10,352 nt of DNA from the NCBI GenBank assembly GCA_028693335.1, contig JAQUVR010000019.1, forward strand, positions 1 to 10,352. The letters are read 5' to 3'. The stretch is from Candidatus Iainarchaeum sp. GTDB lineage: Archaea; Iainarchaeota; Iainarchaeia; Iainarchaeales; CSSED10-239. Positions 1 to 7,990 of the stretch are shown piece by piece (the stretch's first letter is position 1; each line of letters starts with the position of its first letter). The notes beneath the pieces were generated by a model that worked only from the letters and a program-made list of their open reading frames with translations, searched no databases and was not told the origin of the DNA. The position numbers and the translations under genes are program-made.

Positions 1-3000
1 TGTTGGTGTATCAAACATTTGAAAAGGACCAACATGCTCTAATGCTTTATTTAATTTATCAACATTATCTTTTGCCTTGTCATTATCATTATCAGGTTGA
101 GCCTTAAAATCAATAGCAACCTCTTTATTATCACAACCATTTGTTGCATCAAGGTCTTTGTTTAATGTTGCTTTTAGGTCAGAAATATCTGCACCATTAG
201 TTACAGAAGTATATTCAACCCACATGATATAGCTTTTATTTTCAGAATTATAAATTAATTGACCTCTTTCAAACTGAACAGCAACATTATAACCAACAAA
301 ATCAGTATTTCCAGAATACACTAATTTTGTAGATCTGTTTCCTGCTAAAATAATTGCCTTTGCATTTGCTCCATCAGCAATCTTTCTTGGTGTACCTTCT
401 GCAACTATTCTTCCATTATTTGGAGTAAGATCATAAGCTGTTGATGGATGAGCATTGTTAGCCATCTTTACTGGACCTAAATAATCAATTAAGTTAGTTA
501 TATTTGCTGGAATTTCAATACCTGTTTGATTCTTATACCCAGTTTTTAAACAATTTAAAAATGCTTGATCCTTTACAATAAAATTACCATGACCATCCAT
601 TTCAAATAACTCTGTATTACCATCAGGAACTGGAATATAACTTAGACTGTGTGGAATAACTTTTGCAGGTATTGCAAGATTATCAGCAATTAAACGAACA
701 TAATCTTTATTTTGTGAAGAAATAATTGTTTCTGTTATTCCTTTTTCATCAGTTACTATTAACTCTCCAGTTTCTTTATTAATCTCTAAAGTTATATTAT
801 TAGTCTCATCTCTTAAAACTTCAACACCTTTATCAGAATAAACACTTGCTCTACATTTTGAACCTGCACCAAGCTCTACAAAAAACAAATTACCTTTTAC
901 CTTTGAAAATGTGTTTCCACCAGTAGTTACTTGTGCTTGAGCAATTGGATATTCAACCAATTTTTGATCAGCAAATTTTTTGATTTCATCAGCACCAGCA
1001 GAAACTGTTTTTTCAAGTTCTGTACCTGCAGTTAAATTTACTAAACCTTCTTCTAACTTTTCTGTACTTTCTGTAATACTTTCAGCAATCTTATTTTTAG
1101 AATCTTCTTTTAATCTTTCATCAGTTGTTTTAGATACAAAAATGTGAGTATAATAACCTTCTTGATCATCAACACATTCACTTAATTGAGGAATAATAAA
1201 CATAGCTTGAGGAATATTACTTAATAAAGCTGGAGCTAACCATGTACTTGTATAAGAAGAAATTGCAATATATGCAACATGCTCTGCAAGAACAAGACCA
1301 CCAGCAACTCTATAATCTTTTGGTAAAACTTTACCAATTGGCATTCCTAAAAGATCCAAAGACTCTAATCTATTAGCACAAGTTTCTTCATTATTTCTTG
1401 CATGAAGAAGATTAATAGAATTCTCTGTTTTTGTATTTGCTAAGACACCATCATAATCTGTGTGATGTGAAAAACTTATTAATGTTTGACCTTTTTTTTC
1501 TATATTTGTTTTAGAAGTATTTTCAATAATGTAATTATTTGTTTTTGCAGTTGATGGAGTATTATAAGTAATATCCAAATCCTTAATTACAGAACTAAAA
1601 GCAGAATCTGTTGATAAAAGATTTTCTGTTGATGATTCTGGATTAGTAGTTCCTTCTGTGGTAGGAGTTAATTCTGTTCCTTCTGCAGGAGTATCTGGAT
1701 TTGTTATTTCTGAGGTGTCTGTATTTTCTGTTGGTAATTGACTCTCTAAATTAGACTCTTGTGTTACTCTTTGATTTTCAACCTCATTAGTTATTTCTTG
1801 TTTAATCCCATCAGTCAAAAGATCATGATCACCAAATTTATAAGTACAAGCAGCACCACAACCAGAACTTAGATTATCTGTAATTAAAACAATATCATCA
1901 ACTTCTGATCTTCTTATTTTACCCTCAGTTAAATTTACGATAAATTTATTTATAGACTGTCCCATTTGATTATCCATGTCACTAGTCAATTCTTTTGGAA
2001 TATAAGATGCCCAAAATAATGCAGAATTTAGATACTGCATAAATAGATCTCCTTGATCAGAACCTTCATTTGCAAAAAAATCAACATAAGCATCAGAATA
2101 CAATGGATTAGTTTGGTGCTTTATTTGTAAAGATGTATAAGTTTCAGGAAGTTGTAAAATACTATATTTTGTAAGACCAAGTCTTTCTCCATAAACAGTA
2201 TTAAAACCAGTCTTTAATTCCCAATAAAATAAATTCCAACCAAGCATAGCTGGACCCTGTGTAAAAAATCTTTGAAATGACTCCCCATTAAATTCTTTCA
2301 TTTTTTTGTTAATGCCACTAATACCTCTACCACTAACCCATTCTTTATTAGACAATGTTGTCATCATTTCTTGAGCATTAAAAGAAGCATCACTAAATTT
2401 TTTAGTTAAAAAACCATCATTTAAAGCATAAGCTGTTTCAATTGGATCAACACCAAAAACATCAGTAGGAAGATTAGATTTAATAGAACTAAAGGTTTCA
2501 AAAGTTCCAACACCCAAAGCATCCATTTGATTTTTATTAAATAAATGTGCTGAAATTTCAACAGCATTACCAGTTGATGGATCAATATATCTTATAAATC
2601 CATCTGGATTTAACTTAGCAAAAGCATCAGCAGCTGTAGTTCCTCTAACTGTTGCTAAAGAAGTTGGATCTGCAATAACTGATTGAACTTTTAATCTTTG
2701 AACAACAGCTGTAGAACCATCAGCAAAAGTTACTGGAACATCTTCAACTAATGCAGATTTTGCGGCTTTTGTTGTATATTTATTTCCACTAACCTGTATT
2801 TCAAAAGGATCACCAGCACCTCTTAACCCTTTATTACCAATACTTACAGCATCTCCTGAATTTGTAGAAATTACACTATTTGCATTAATTACTCTTCCTG
2901 TTCCAGGATCAATAATATTTCTATTACTTACAACAGATAAAGCATCAAGACCATCATCCCAAACAAAACCATTAAATGTTTGAGTTTTAAATGCCTTTCC

Positions 3001-4566
3001 TAATTTAACAGCATCAGCAGCAGTAGAAACAACAGCATCATATTCAGCACCAGTTAATGTTGTAGACCACATTCCTGCAGGAACATTACTTGCTTTTAAT
3101 GTTTGGATTTTTTTCATTCCACTAATATATGCTGGATCAGCAGTTCTTGCTTTTAAAATAGTGTCCGCAATTTTAAATTCTTCAAAATATTGTGTTGCAT
3201 TATCAGTAAATGCATATTTTTGAACTTTATTAAAACCATCATTATTTACAATACTTTTATGTAAAAATTCACTAGTTTTTTTCTTATCACTAATACCACC
3301 CAAAAACTCTTTCATCTCTGCATCAATCTTATTACTTTGAAGATCTCTAAGTCTTATATCTGGTGGATTTCTTCCAACAATACCTGCTGAATTTAAATTA
3401 GATATAAAATCATCAACATTATGTGTATACTTTTTTGCAGCAAGAGCCATTCTTGTTTGTTGAACTGGATGCCTCATTAGATTTACTGGATCATCCAACA
3501 AATTATCTAAAAAACCACCTTTTTTTATAACTCCTGCATTTCTTAATTTATTTGGGATATAATTATATATATTTAATGCAGTTTTATTTCTAAAAATTTT
3601 TGCAGCACTATTTAATAATAAAGGACTAGCTGAACTAAATACCATGTCAACAGTAAAATATTGATTAAACATTTTATCAAATAAAGAATAGGTGTTAATA
3701 TAACAATCCTCACCCCTACAAGTAGTTTGCATTTGAGCAGCAAAAGAATCTGTTAAAGCACTATTTTTAATTGCCTTATCCATTAACAAATTAAGTTTTT
3801 CAATCTCTACACCATTCAGATCATTTTCAGGATTATTTGCAACCTTGTTATAAAAATTTATTTCTTCTAAAGACATATCACTAAAAACACCAAGATCTAT
3901 ATCAGTAGAATAATCTTTATTTAAAACAGCTTCGCCAACCTCTTCCTTTAATTTATTTACTTGTAACCAATCAAGAGCATCTTTTTTTACAATACTAGTC
4001 TGTCTCCAGAAACCACTAGCACTATTATTTCTATAAAGACCAAGATCTTTTAAATAACATGCTGGATCTTGAGAAGTATCACATCTACCAAATCTTAAAG
4101 TTGACTCAAGGTTTATACCATAATAATGAGGACCAGTACACACCTTTCCAAGAATTGTTGGAACCTCTAATGGATTTATTGTGTGAGCAGGTATTTCTTT
4201 TTTTAGAGCAAGATCTCCAGCCTTTGCATCAGGTTCAGTAATTAAAACAGAATTTCTTTCAAGTGTTGGATCTGTTTTTTGAGGTGTTTGATTAGAAGTA
4301 ACAACTTCAGCAGTAAAACCTTTCAATAAAATAGATCTCCATAATTTTTCAACAGATTCTTCTGGTAATTCAGTTGTTAGACAACCAGTTCCAGAATCAG
4401 AGATTATTTTTGTATCTGTTACCTTTGTATCTGGATTTGCAAAATAAATAACATTATTATTTGTATTTGTTGTTGGTAAAGTTATTGCTTGTGCAAACAC
4501 ACTATTTATAAATAATGTTAAAAAAAACATTGTTATTATTTTTTGGCTAGTTTTATTAATATTCAT
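1..4566 (-). CDS. Giant secreted/surface protein. The N-terminal 1522 aa are present. The 5' end is complete and the 3' end lies beyond the window start.
   Basis: I translated the minus strand by hand in the frame of ATG 4566-4564. All 1522 codons down to base 1 are free of TAA/TAG/TGA. An upstream in-frame stop sits at 4596-4594. The ORF is absent from the supplied track, presumably because it has no stop inside the window. The N-terminus MNINKTSQKIITMFFLTLFINSVFA|QAITLPTT has a basic n-region, a hydrophobic core and a small-residue cleavage site, as in a Sec-type signal peptide. GTGA lies 6 nt upstream of the ATG as a weak SD. The gene starts 22 nt downstream of the 185-aa membrane-protein gene. 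I recognised no named domain. Confidence 0.85.
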   Translation of the reverse strand, partial: MNINKTSQKIITMFFLTLFINSVFAQAITLPTTNTNNNVIYFANPDTKVTDTKIISDSGTGCLTTELPEESVEKLWRSILLKGFTAEVVTSNQTPQKTDPTLERNSVLITEPDAKAGDLALKKEIPAHTINPLEVPTILGKVCTGPHYYGINLESTLRFGRCDTSQDPACYLKDLGLYRNNSASGFWRQTSIVKKDALDWLQVNKLKEEVGEAVLNKDYSTDIDLGVFSDMSLEEINFYNKVANNPENDLNGVEIEKLNLLMDKAIKNSALTDSFAAQMQTTCRGEDCYINTYSLFDKMFNQYFTVDMVFSSASPLLLNSAAKIFRNKTALNIYNYIPNKLRNAGVIKKGGFLDNLLDDPVNLMRHPVQQTRMALAAKKYTHNVDDFISNLNSAGIVGRNPPDIRLRDLQSNKIDAEMKEFLGGISDKKKTSEFLHKSIVNNDGFNKVQKYAFTDNATQYFEEFKIADTILKARTADPAYISGMKKIQTLKASNVPAGMWSTTLTGAEYDAVVSTAADAVKLGKAFKTQTFNGFVWDDGLDALSVVSNRNIIDPGTGRVINANSVISTNSGDAVSIGNKGLRGAGDPFEIQVSGNKYTTKAAKSALVEDVPVTFADGSTAVVQRLKVQSVIADPTSLATVRGTTAADAFAKLNPDGFIRYIDPSTGNAVEISAHLFNKNQMDALGVGTFETFSSIKSNLPTDVFGVDPIETAYALNDGFLTKKFSDASFNAQEMMTTLSNKEWVSGRGISGINKKMKEFNGESFQRFFTQGPAMLGWNLFYWELKTGFNTVYGERLGLTKYSILQLPETYTSLQIKHQTNPLYSDAYVDFFANEGSDQGDLFMQYLNSALFWASYIPKELTSDMDNQMGQSINKFIVNLTEGKIRRSEVDDIVLITDNLSSGCGAACTYKFGDHDLLTDGIKQEITNEVENQRVTQESNLESQLPTENTDTSEITNPDTPAEGTELTPTTEGTTNPESSTENLLSTDSAFSSVIKDLDITYNTPSTAKTNNYIIENTSKTNIEKKGQTLISFSHHTDYDGVLANTKTENSINLLHARNNEETCANRLESLDLLGMPIGKVLPKDYRVAGGLVLAEHVAYIAISSYTSTWLAPALLSNIPQAMFIIPQLSECVDDQEGYYTHIFVSKTTDERLKEDSKNKIAESITESTEKLEEGLVNLTAGTELEKTVSAGADEIKKFADQKLVEYPIAQAQVTTGGNTFSKVKGNLFFVELGAGSKCRASVYSDKGVEVLRDETNNITLEINKETGELIVTDEKGITETIISSQNKDYVRLIADNLAIPAKVIPHSLSYIPVPDGNTELFEMDGHGNFIVKDQAFLNCLKTGYKNQTGIEIPANITNLIDYLGPVKMANNAHPSTAYDLTPNNGRIVAEGTPRKIADGANAKAIILAGNRSTKLVYSGNTDFVGYNVAVQFERGQLIYNSENKSYIMWVEYTSVTNGADISDLKATLNKDLDATNGCDNKEVAIDFKAQPDNDNDKAKDNVDKLNKALEHVGPFQMFDTPT
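1621..1800 (-). repeat. Low-complexity Thr/Glu/Asn/Pro-rich linker-coding segment inside the giant ORF (about aa 923-982)
   Basis: The translation reads QEITNEVENQRVTQESNLESQLPTENTDTSEITNPDTPAEGTELTPTTEGTTNPESSTEN. At the DNA level the plus strand shows a reiterated ttctg / tctgg motif every 12-15 nt. Confidence 0.6.
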
Positions 4567-4588
4567 TTTTTTCACAGATCCATATTTT

Positions 4589-5146
4589 TTATATTAATAT
4601 TAAATACAATAAAATTGCAATAATTTTTGGAAAAAGCAAATAAACAAAAAACACACATATAAAAGTAATTGTTAAACTTATCCAAAGATCAACAAAATTT
4701 AAAGACTGCTTTATTGCTTTTGATAATTTGCCTTTTTTGTTATAATGTCTTTTATTTAGTTTTTCATAAATAAGAGTTGTAATCATTTCAAATATTACAA
4801 CAATTGCTGTTAGCAATAAATTAACAACTAACAATCTAAAAATACTATATAAAAAAAATAAAATCAGATAATATCCAGAAACTGGCAGACCAGTATTAAT
4901 TATTAGAAAAACAAAATAAATTATTAAAAATATAAAAAGAACGACATAAGTTAAAAAAAACAAAGAAACAATATAACTTTTTTTTTCTCTTATCTTTGAA
5001 AAAGGATTTTTTAACCAATTAACAACAAATACAAAAGGAATAGCAAATATTGCAGAAAAGAAAACAAGTTTAATAAAAAACCACAAATAATTAAATAATT
5101 TTAAAAAGATATTAGATAGTTTTGTGCTTAATATTAATTGATCCAT
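4589..5146 (-). CDS. Small polytopic membrane protein (185 aa, about 4-5 TM segments), function unknown
   Basis: This is a complete ORF from the track. Long Phe/Ile/Leu-rich hydrophobic stretches are separated by Lys-rich loops (KNPFSKIREKKS, EKLNKRHYNKKGKLSKAIKQ). GAGGG (plus-strand ccctc at 5153-5157) lies 6 nt upstream of the ATG. The stop is 22 nt upstream of the giant ORF start, so the two are probably co-transcribed. Confidence 0.7.
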   Translation of the reverse strand: MDQLILSTKLSNIFLKLFNYLWFFIKLVFFSAIFAIPFVFVVNWLKNPFSKIREKKSYIVSLFFLTYVVLFIFLIIYFVFLIINTGLPVSGYYLILFFLYSIFRLLVVNLLLTAIVVIFEMITTLIYEKLNKRHYNKKGKLSKAIKQSLNFVDLWISLTITFICVFFVYLLFPKIIAILLYLILI

Positions 5147-5293
5147 AAAAAACCCTCATAAATATAAAATATATTTAAACAAAAGCTTTATATATATAAT
5201 ATTTATTATATCATATAAACAGAAAAGTTAAACTATTTAAAAATATTTAGATTAATAAGATTTATAGAGAAACTAAAAGAAAAAAGATCTATT
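5147..5293. promoter_or_regulatory. Divergent intergenic promoter region with several archaeal TATA-box-like elements
   Basis: This is the only sizeable non-coding stretch and sits between divergently oriented genes. It contains ctttatatatataa (5186-5199, near-palindromic and usable on either strand), atatttaaa (5171-5179) and tttataga (5261-5268). The last element is about 26 nt upstream of ATG 5294 and no SD is present, which fits a leaderless mRNA. TATA-like strings are frequent in DNA this AT-rich, so the exact elements remain unresolved. Confidence 0.5.
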
Positions 5294-5971
5294 ATGGAAG
5301 ACTTAAAAAATATTAAAAGAAGAGAAAGAAGATTCTATAGAAAAATAGAAAATGATAAGATAGAGTACGATATAAAATCAAAAGAAAATAATAATATTCC
5401 ACAAAATAACTTGCCAGGAGCAACTCCTGAAAAAAAAGAAATTATTGAAAATATATTATCAGAAATAAAAAATAGTATTAATCCTGATATTGATGAAATC
5501 ACAGAAATTATATATGATCAATTAAATATCAATAACCTTCCAATAGATCAAGAAACAGTAAAAGAAGCAATCTATAGAAATAGACATAAAAATCCAGATA
5601 AAAAAACAGACGAATCCGAAAAAACAGAACCAGTCTTTTTATCAGAAAGAAAAGAACTAGAAACAGTTATTGATGATATCTTAGATCAATTATCAAAATC
5701 AGAAACATTAGAAAATAAATATCAACTAGACAAAAATAAAAAAGAAAACTCCGAAGAAAAAAATAGTAAAAGACCAAGAAGAGAAGAAAAAACAGAAGAG
5801 CCAAAAAAACCAGAAGAAAAACCAAAAGACGAAAAAAAACAAAAAACAGAAAAACCAAAACCAAAAAAAGAACCTAAAAAATCTGAAATGGAACTAGATT
5901 TTGGAGATGATGTAGATACTGAAGATCTTAATGATTCAGAATCAGATGATGATTTAGGATTAAAATTCTAA
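5294..5971 (+). CDS. Lys/Glu-rich, probably intrinsically disordered protein (225 aa) with a basic N-terminus and a strongly acidic C-terminal tail
   Basis: This is a complete ORF and the only plus-strand gene. The first ~130 aa have ordinary composition. They are followed by the charged low-complexity tract EEKTEEPKKPEEKPKDEKKQKTEKPKPKKEPKK and the tail EMELDFGDDVDTEDLNDSESDDDLGLKF. The antisense ORF 5667..5864 is Phe/Leu-rich junk, which supports the purine-rich strand as the coding one. Confidence 0.6.
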   Translation: MEDLKNIKRRERRFYRKIENDKIEYDIKSKENNNIPQNNLPGATPEKKEIIENILSEIKNSINPDIDEITEIIYDQLNINNLPIDQETVKEAIYRNRHKNPDKKTDESEKTEPVFLSERKELETVIDDILDQLSKSETLENKYQLDKNKKENSEEKNSKRPRREEKTEEPKKPEEKPKDEKKQKTEKPKPKKEPKKSEMELDFGDDVDTEDLNDSESDDDLGLKF

Positions 5972-6777
5972 TTTAGATTTTCTGAAATTAATTCACATCT
6001 TAATTTTTCAATATCTGAAGAGTCATTAAGTATAAGATTTGATGAAATATCAACTGTTGCTGGCCAAATTGCAAAAGTTGTATTAACAGCAACATCTGTT
6101 AATGTTGTTTCTGGCGTATAATATTGAAAACGCATTGGAATTGATGACGAATATATCTTATTTGCCTTAGATATTATAGATCTCACTATAGTATAATCCT
6201 GTGGGTTACAAAGATAATAGCTATAAGGATTATTTGAATCAATTGAATAAATTTTTCTATATTTTGCAAGATTTGGTGTTTGATCAGTAATGTCCTCATA
6301 ATTTGTAAGTTTTAATAAAAAGAAAATATATTTTTCATCAGCATCATAAATATAAAAAACATAATCATAATTATTTAATGGACGCATAATTGATTTAACC
6401 ATGTGATATAAATTAAACTTAACAATATCATCATAATCAGGATTACCAGCAGCATCAGCAATTCTCATTTGATTAATATCTGAGTTTTTTCCAATTAATT
6501 TGTCTGGATAATAATCATGTTTAACAGCAGTCATCAAATAATCAACTTCTTGACCAGATTGATAATTTAGATCATAATTTAATGGAATAGAGCTATAAAA
6601 AATAGTTCTCATAGCAGCATTTGCATACTCCTTAAAATAAAGATCAGAAATACTTTGATCAACTCTATCTCCATAAGAAGAAGAATATCTAAACATTAAC
6701 ACAGCCAATGTTACAATAATCATTAAAAAAAATAATGCATCTGTAACTGCTGCTTGACCTTTTTTTTTTCTAAACAT
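5968..6777 (-). CDS. Pilin-like protein with an archaeal class III (prepilin-type) signal peptide, 269 aa
   Basis: The N-terminus is MFRKKKG|QAAVTDALFFLMIIVTLAVLMF: a short basic leader, a KGQ cleavage motif and a hydrophobic helix. The Tyr/Asn/Asp-rich extracellular part has 2 Cys and N-x-S/T sequons. It is the last gene of the operon, 20 nt downstream of the previous gene. Confidence 0.75.
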   Translation of the reverse strand: MFRKKKGQAAVTDALFFLMIIVTLAVLMFRYSSSYGDRVDQSISDLYFKEYANAAMRTIFYSSIPLNYDLNYQSGQEVDYLMTAVKHDYYPDKLIGKNSDINQMRIADAAGNPDYDDIVKFNLYHMVKSIMRPLNNYDYVFYIYDADEKYIFFLLKLTNYEDITDQTPNLAKYRKIYSIDSNNPYSYYLCNPQDYTIVRSIISKANKIYSSSIPMRFQYYTPETTLTDVAVNTTFAIWPATVDISSNLILNDSSDIEKLRCELISENLN

Positions 6778-6797
6778 ATTTTCTCATTTTTAAAAAA

Positions 6798-7295
6798 TTA
6801 TCTCCAAACAACAACATATAATCTTGCTGGTTTGATATATAGATCTTTTTGAGTAGTTGTTGGATAATGATAAATAATAATTTCACTGTTTGCTCTTGTA
6901 ATAAAATCTGTAATATTAGAAGTATTACATGCATATAATTCATTAGAATCATCAATTTCTTCCTTTAAAATTTCAGATTCAAGATTTTCTTTATCCAACA
7001 CAACATAATTACTAGAATTAAGATCTAGATCAACCAAAAAAGCATTCCAATTATGTTTTGTTTGAACCTTACTACAGGTTTTTTTAAAAGAATCTAAATT
7101 AAGAATAACTGGTTCCTCTTTCATAATTGCAGAAATATTTATAACTTCTGTTTTTAGGGAATAAAGATCTGTGTTATTTTTATAAACATTATAAGTATTT
7201 AAAAAAACACTAAAAAAAATCATTAAACCCAAAAATATAGGAATTAAACTTGGTAGATCATCACCAATTGCACCAATAAAACCATATCTTGTCAT
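6798..7295 (-). CDS. Pilus-operon protein with an N-terminal hydrophobic anchor (165 aa) and a non-canonical leader
   Basis: The N-terminus is MTRYGFIGAIGDDLPSLIPIFLGLMIFFSVFL, with a possible RYG|F processing site that is not the KGQ type. The extracellular part has 2 Cys and about five N-x-S/T sequons. It ends in the beta-strand-like LYVVVWR. It starts 13 nt downstream of the preceding gene. Confidence 0.65.
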   Translation of the reverse strand: MTRYGFIGAIGDDLPSLIPIFLGLMIFFSVFLNTYNVYKNNTDLYSLKTEVINISAIMKEEPVILNLDSFKKTCSKVQTKHNWNAFLVDLDLNSSNYVVLDKENLESEILKEEIDDSNELYACNTSNITDFITRANSEIIIYHYPTTTQKDLYIKPARLYVVVWR

Positions 7296-7308
7296 AAATA
7301 ATCATATT

Positions 7309-7986
7309 TTAACTTGTTGGAGCCTCTGAAGATATATTTATTGTTAGATTAGTTACTGTATTTAAACAATCAATACCTTCATCATTAAGCAACATATCCC
7401 GCACCTCATTTCCTTGATTACAGGTGTAGATTCCATTTTTATATGCACATGGAAAAAAATAAATATTTGGTTTTCCATCTTTAATTTTTTTTACAAAAAA
7501 TATTTTATTATCAATAGAGTTTGATTTAAGAGGATCATAATGAACAAATGTTTCATCAGTAACTTTACAAATACTTTGATTACTTTGACAATCAGAACTG
7601 TAAAAATTAACTGGGCCATTAAAATCAATATCATAAGCAGCATAAATTGTGTTGTTGTTTTTTCTTCTATCCATAATTGCTAAAACAATTCTATTTGTGT
7701 CACTTGTAATCTCATAATAAGAAAGATCAATTTTATATTTTATACTAAACATATCAGAACCACCAGAATTGGTGTAAATCTTATCAGGCAAATTTAATTG
7801 CTTTACTGTACAATAACTATTACTCTCAATACCAGTTTTAATCTCAGTACCAAGTTTATAAACCAGTTCAAAACTTTGTCTAGTTTTCATATTTGAATTA
7901 ACAGTTGCCATAAAAAAAATAACTATAGATGCAATAGCAGTAACAAAAATTAAAAGATTCATTTTTGATAAACTAAATTCAATCAT
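7309..7986 (-). CDS. Pilus-operon protein with an N-terminal hydrophobic anchor (225 aa), Cys-containing extracellular domain
   Basis: The N-terminus is MIEFSLSKMNLLIFVTAIASIVIFFMATV, a single hydrophobic helix with no clear G/A at -1. There are 6 Cys plus N-x-S/T sequons. The start lies 4 nt after the upstream stop (cataaaggtATG), which suggests translational coupling. AAGGT sits adjacent to the ATG. Confidence 0.65.
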   Translation of the reverse strand: MIEFSLSKMNLLIFVTAIASIVIFFMATVNSNMKTRQSFELVYKLGTEIKTGIESNSYCTVKQLNLPDKIYTNSGGSDMFSIKYKIDLSYYEITSDTNRIVLAIMDRRKNNNTIYAAYDIDFNGPVNFYSSDCQSNQSICKVTDETFVHYDPLKSNSIDNKIFFVKKIKDGKPNIYFFPCAYKNGIYTCNQGNEVRDMLLNDEGIDCLNTVTNLTINISSEAPTS

Positions 7987-7990
7987 ACCT

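Noticed and set aside
1486-1500. Internal EKKGQ motif in the giant protein (IEKKGQTLISFSHH) resembling the class III cleavage motif
   Set aside because: It lies about 1020 residues into the protein and no hydrophobic helix follows it. It is probably a coincidence of the Lys-Gly-Gln composition.
4059-4241. 60-aa plus-strand ORF from the supplied track
   Set aside because: It lies entirely inside the 1522-codon minus-strand ORF, on the opposite strand. It has no RBS or promoter context and an unremarkable composition. It is most likely a chance ORF.
5667-5864. 65-aa minus-strand ORF (MVLVFLFFVFF...)
   Set aside because: It is the antisense of the Lys/Glu-rich low-complexity tract. Its Phe/Leu richness is just the complement of AAA/GAA codons. 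It has no independent start signals.
6770-6955. 61-aa minus-strand ORF overlapping the 3' end of gene 6798..7295
   Set aside because: It overlaps the longer, better-supported 165-aa ORF out of frame. It also spans that gene's stop and the start of the next gene. It has no RBS.
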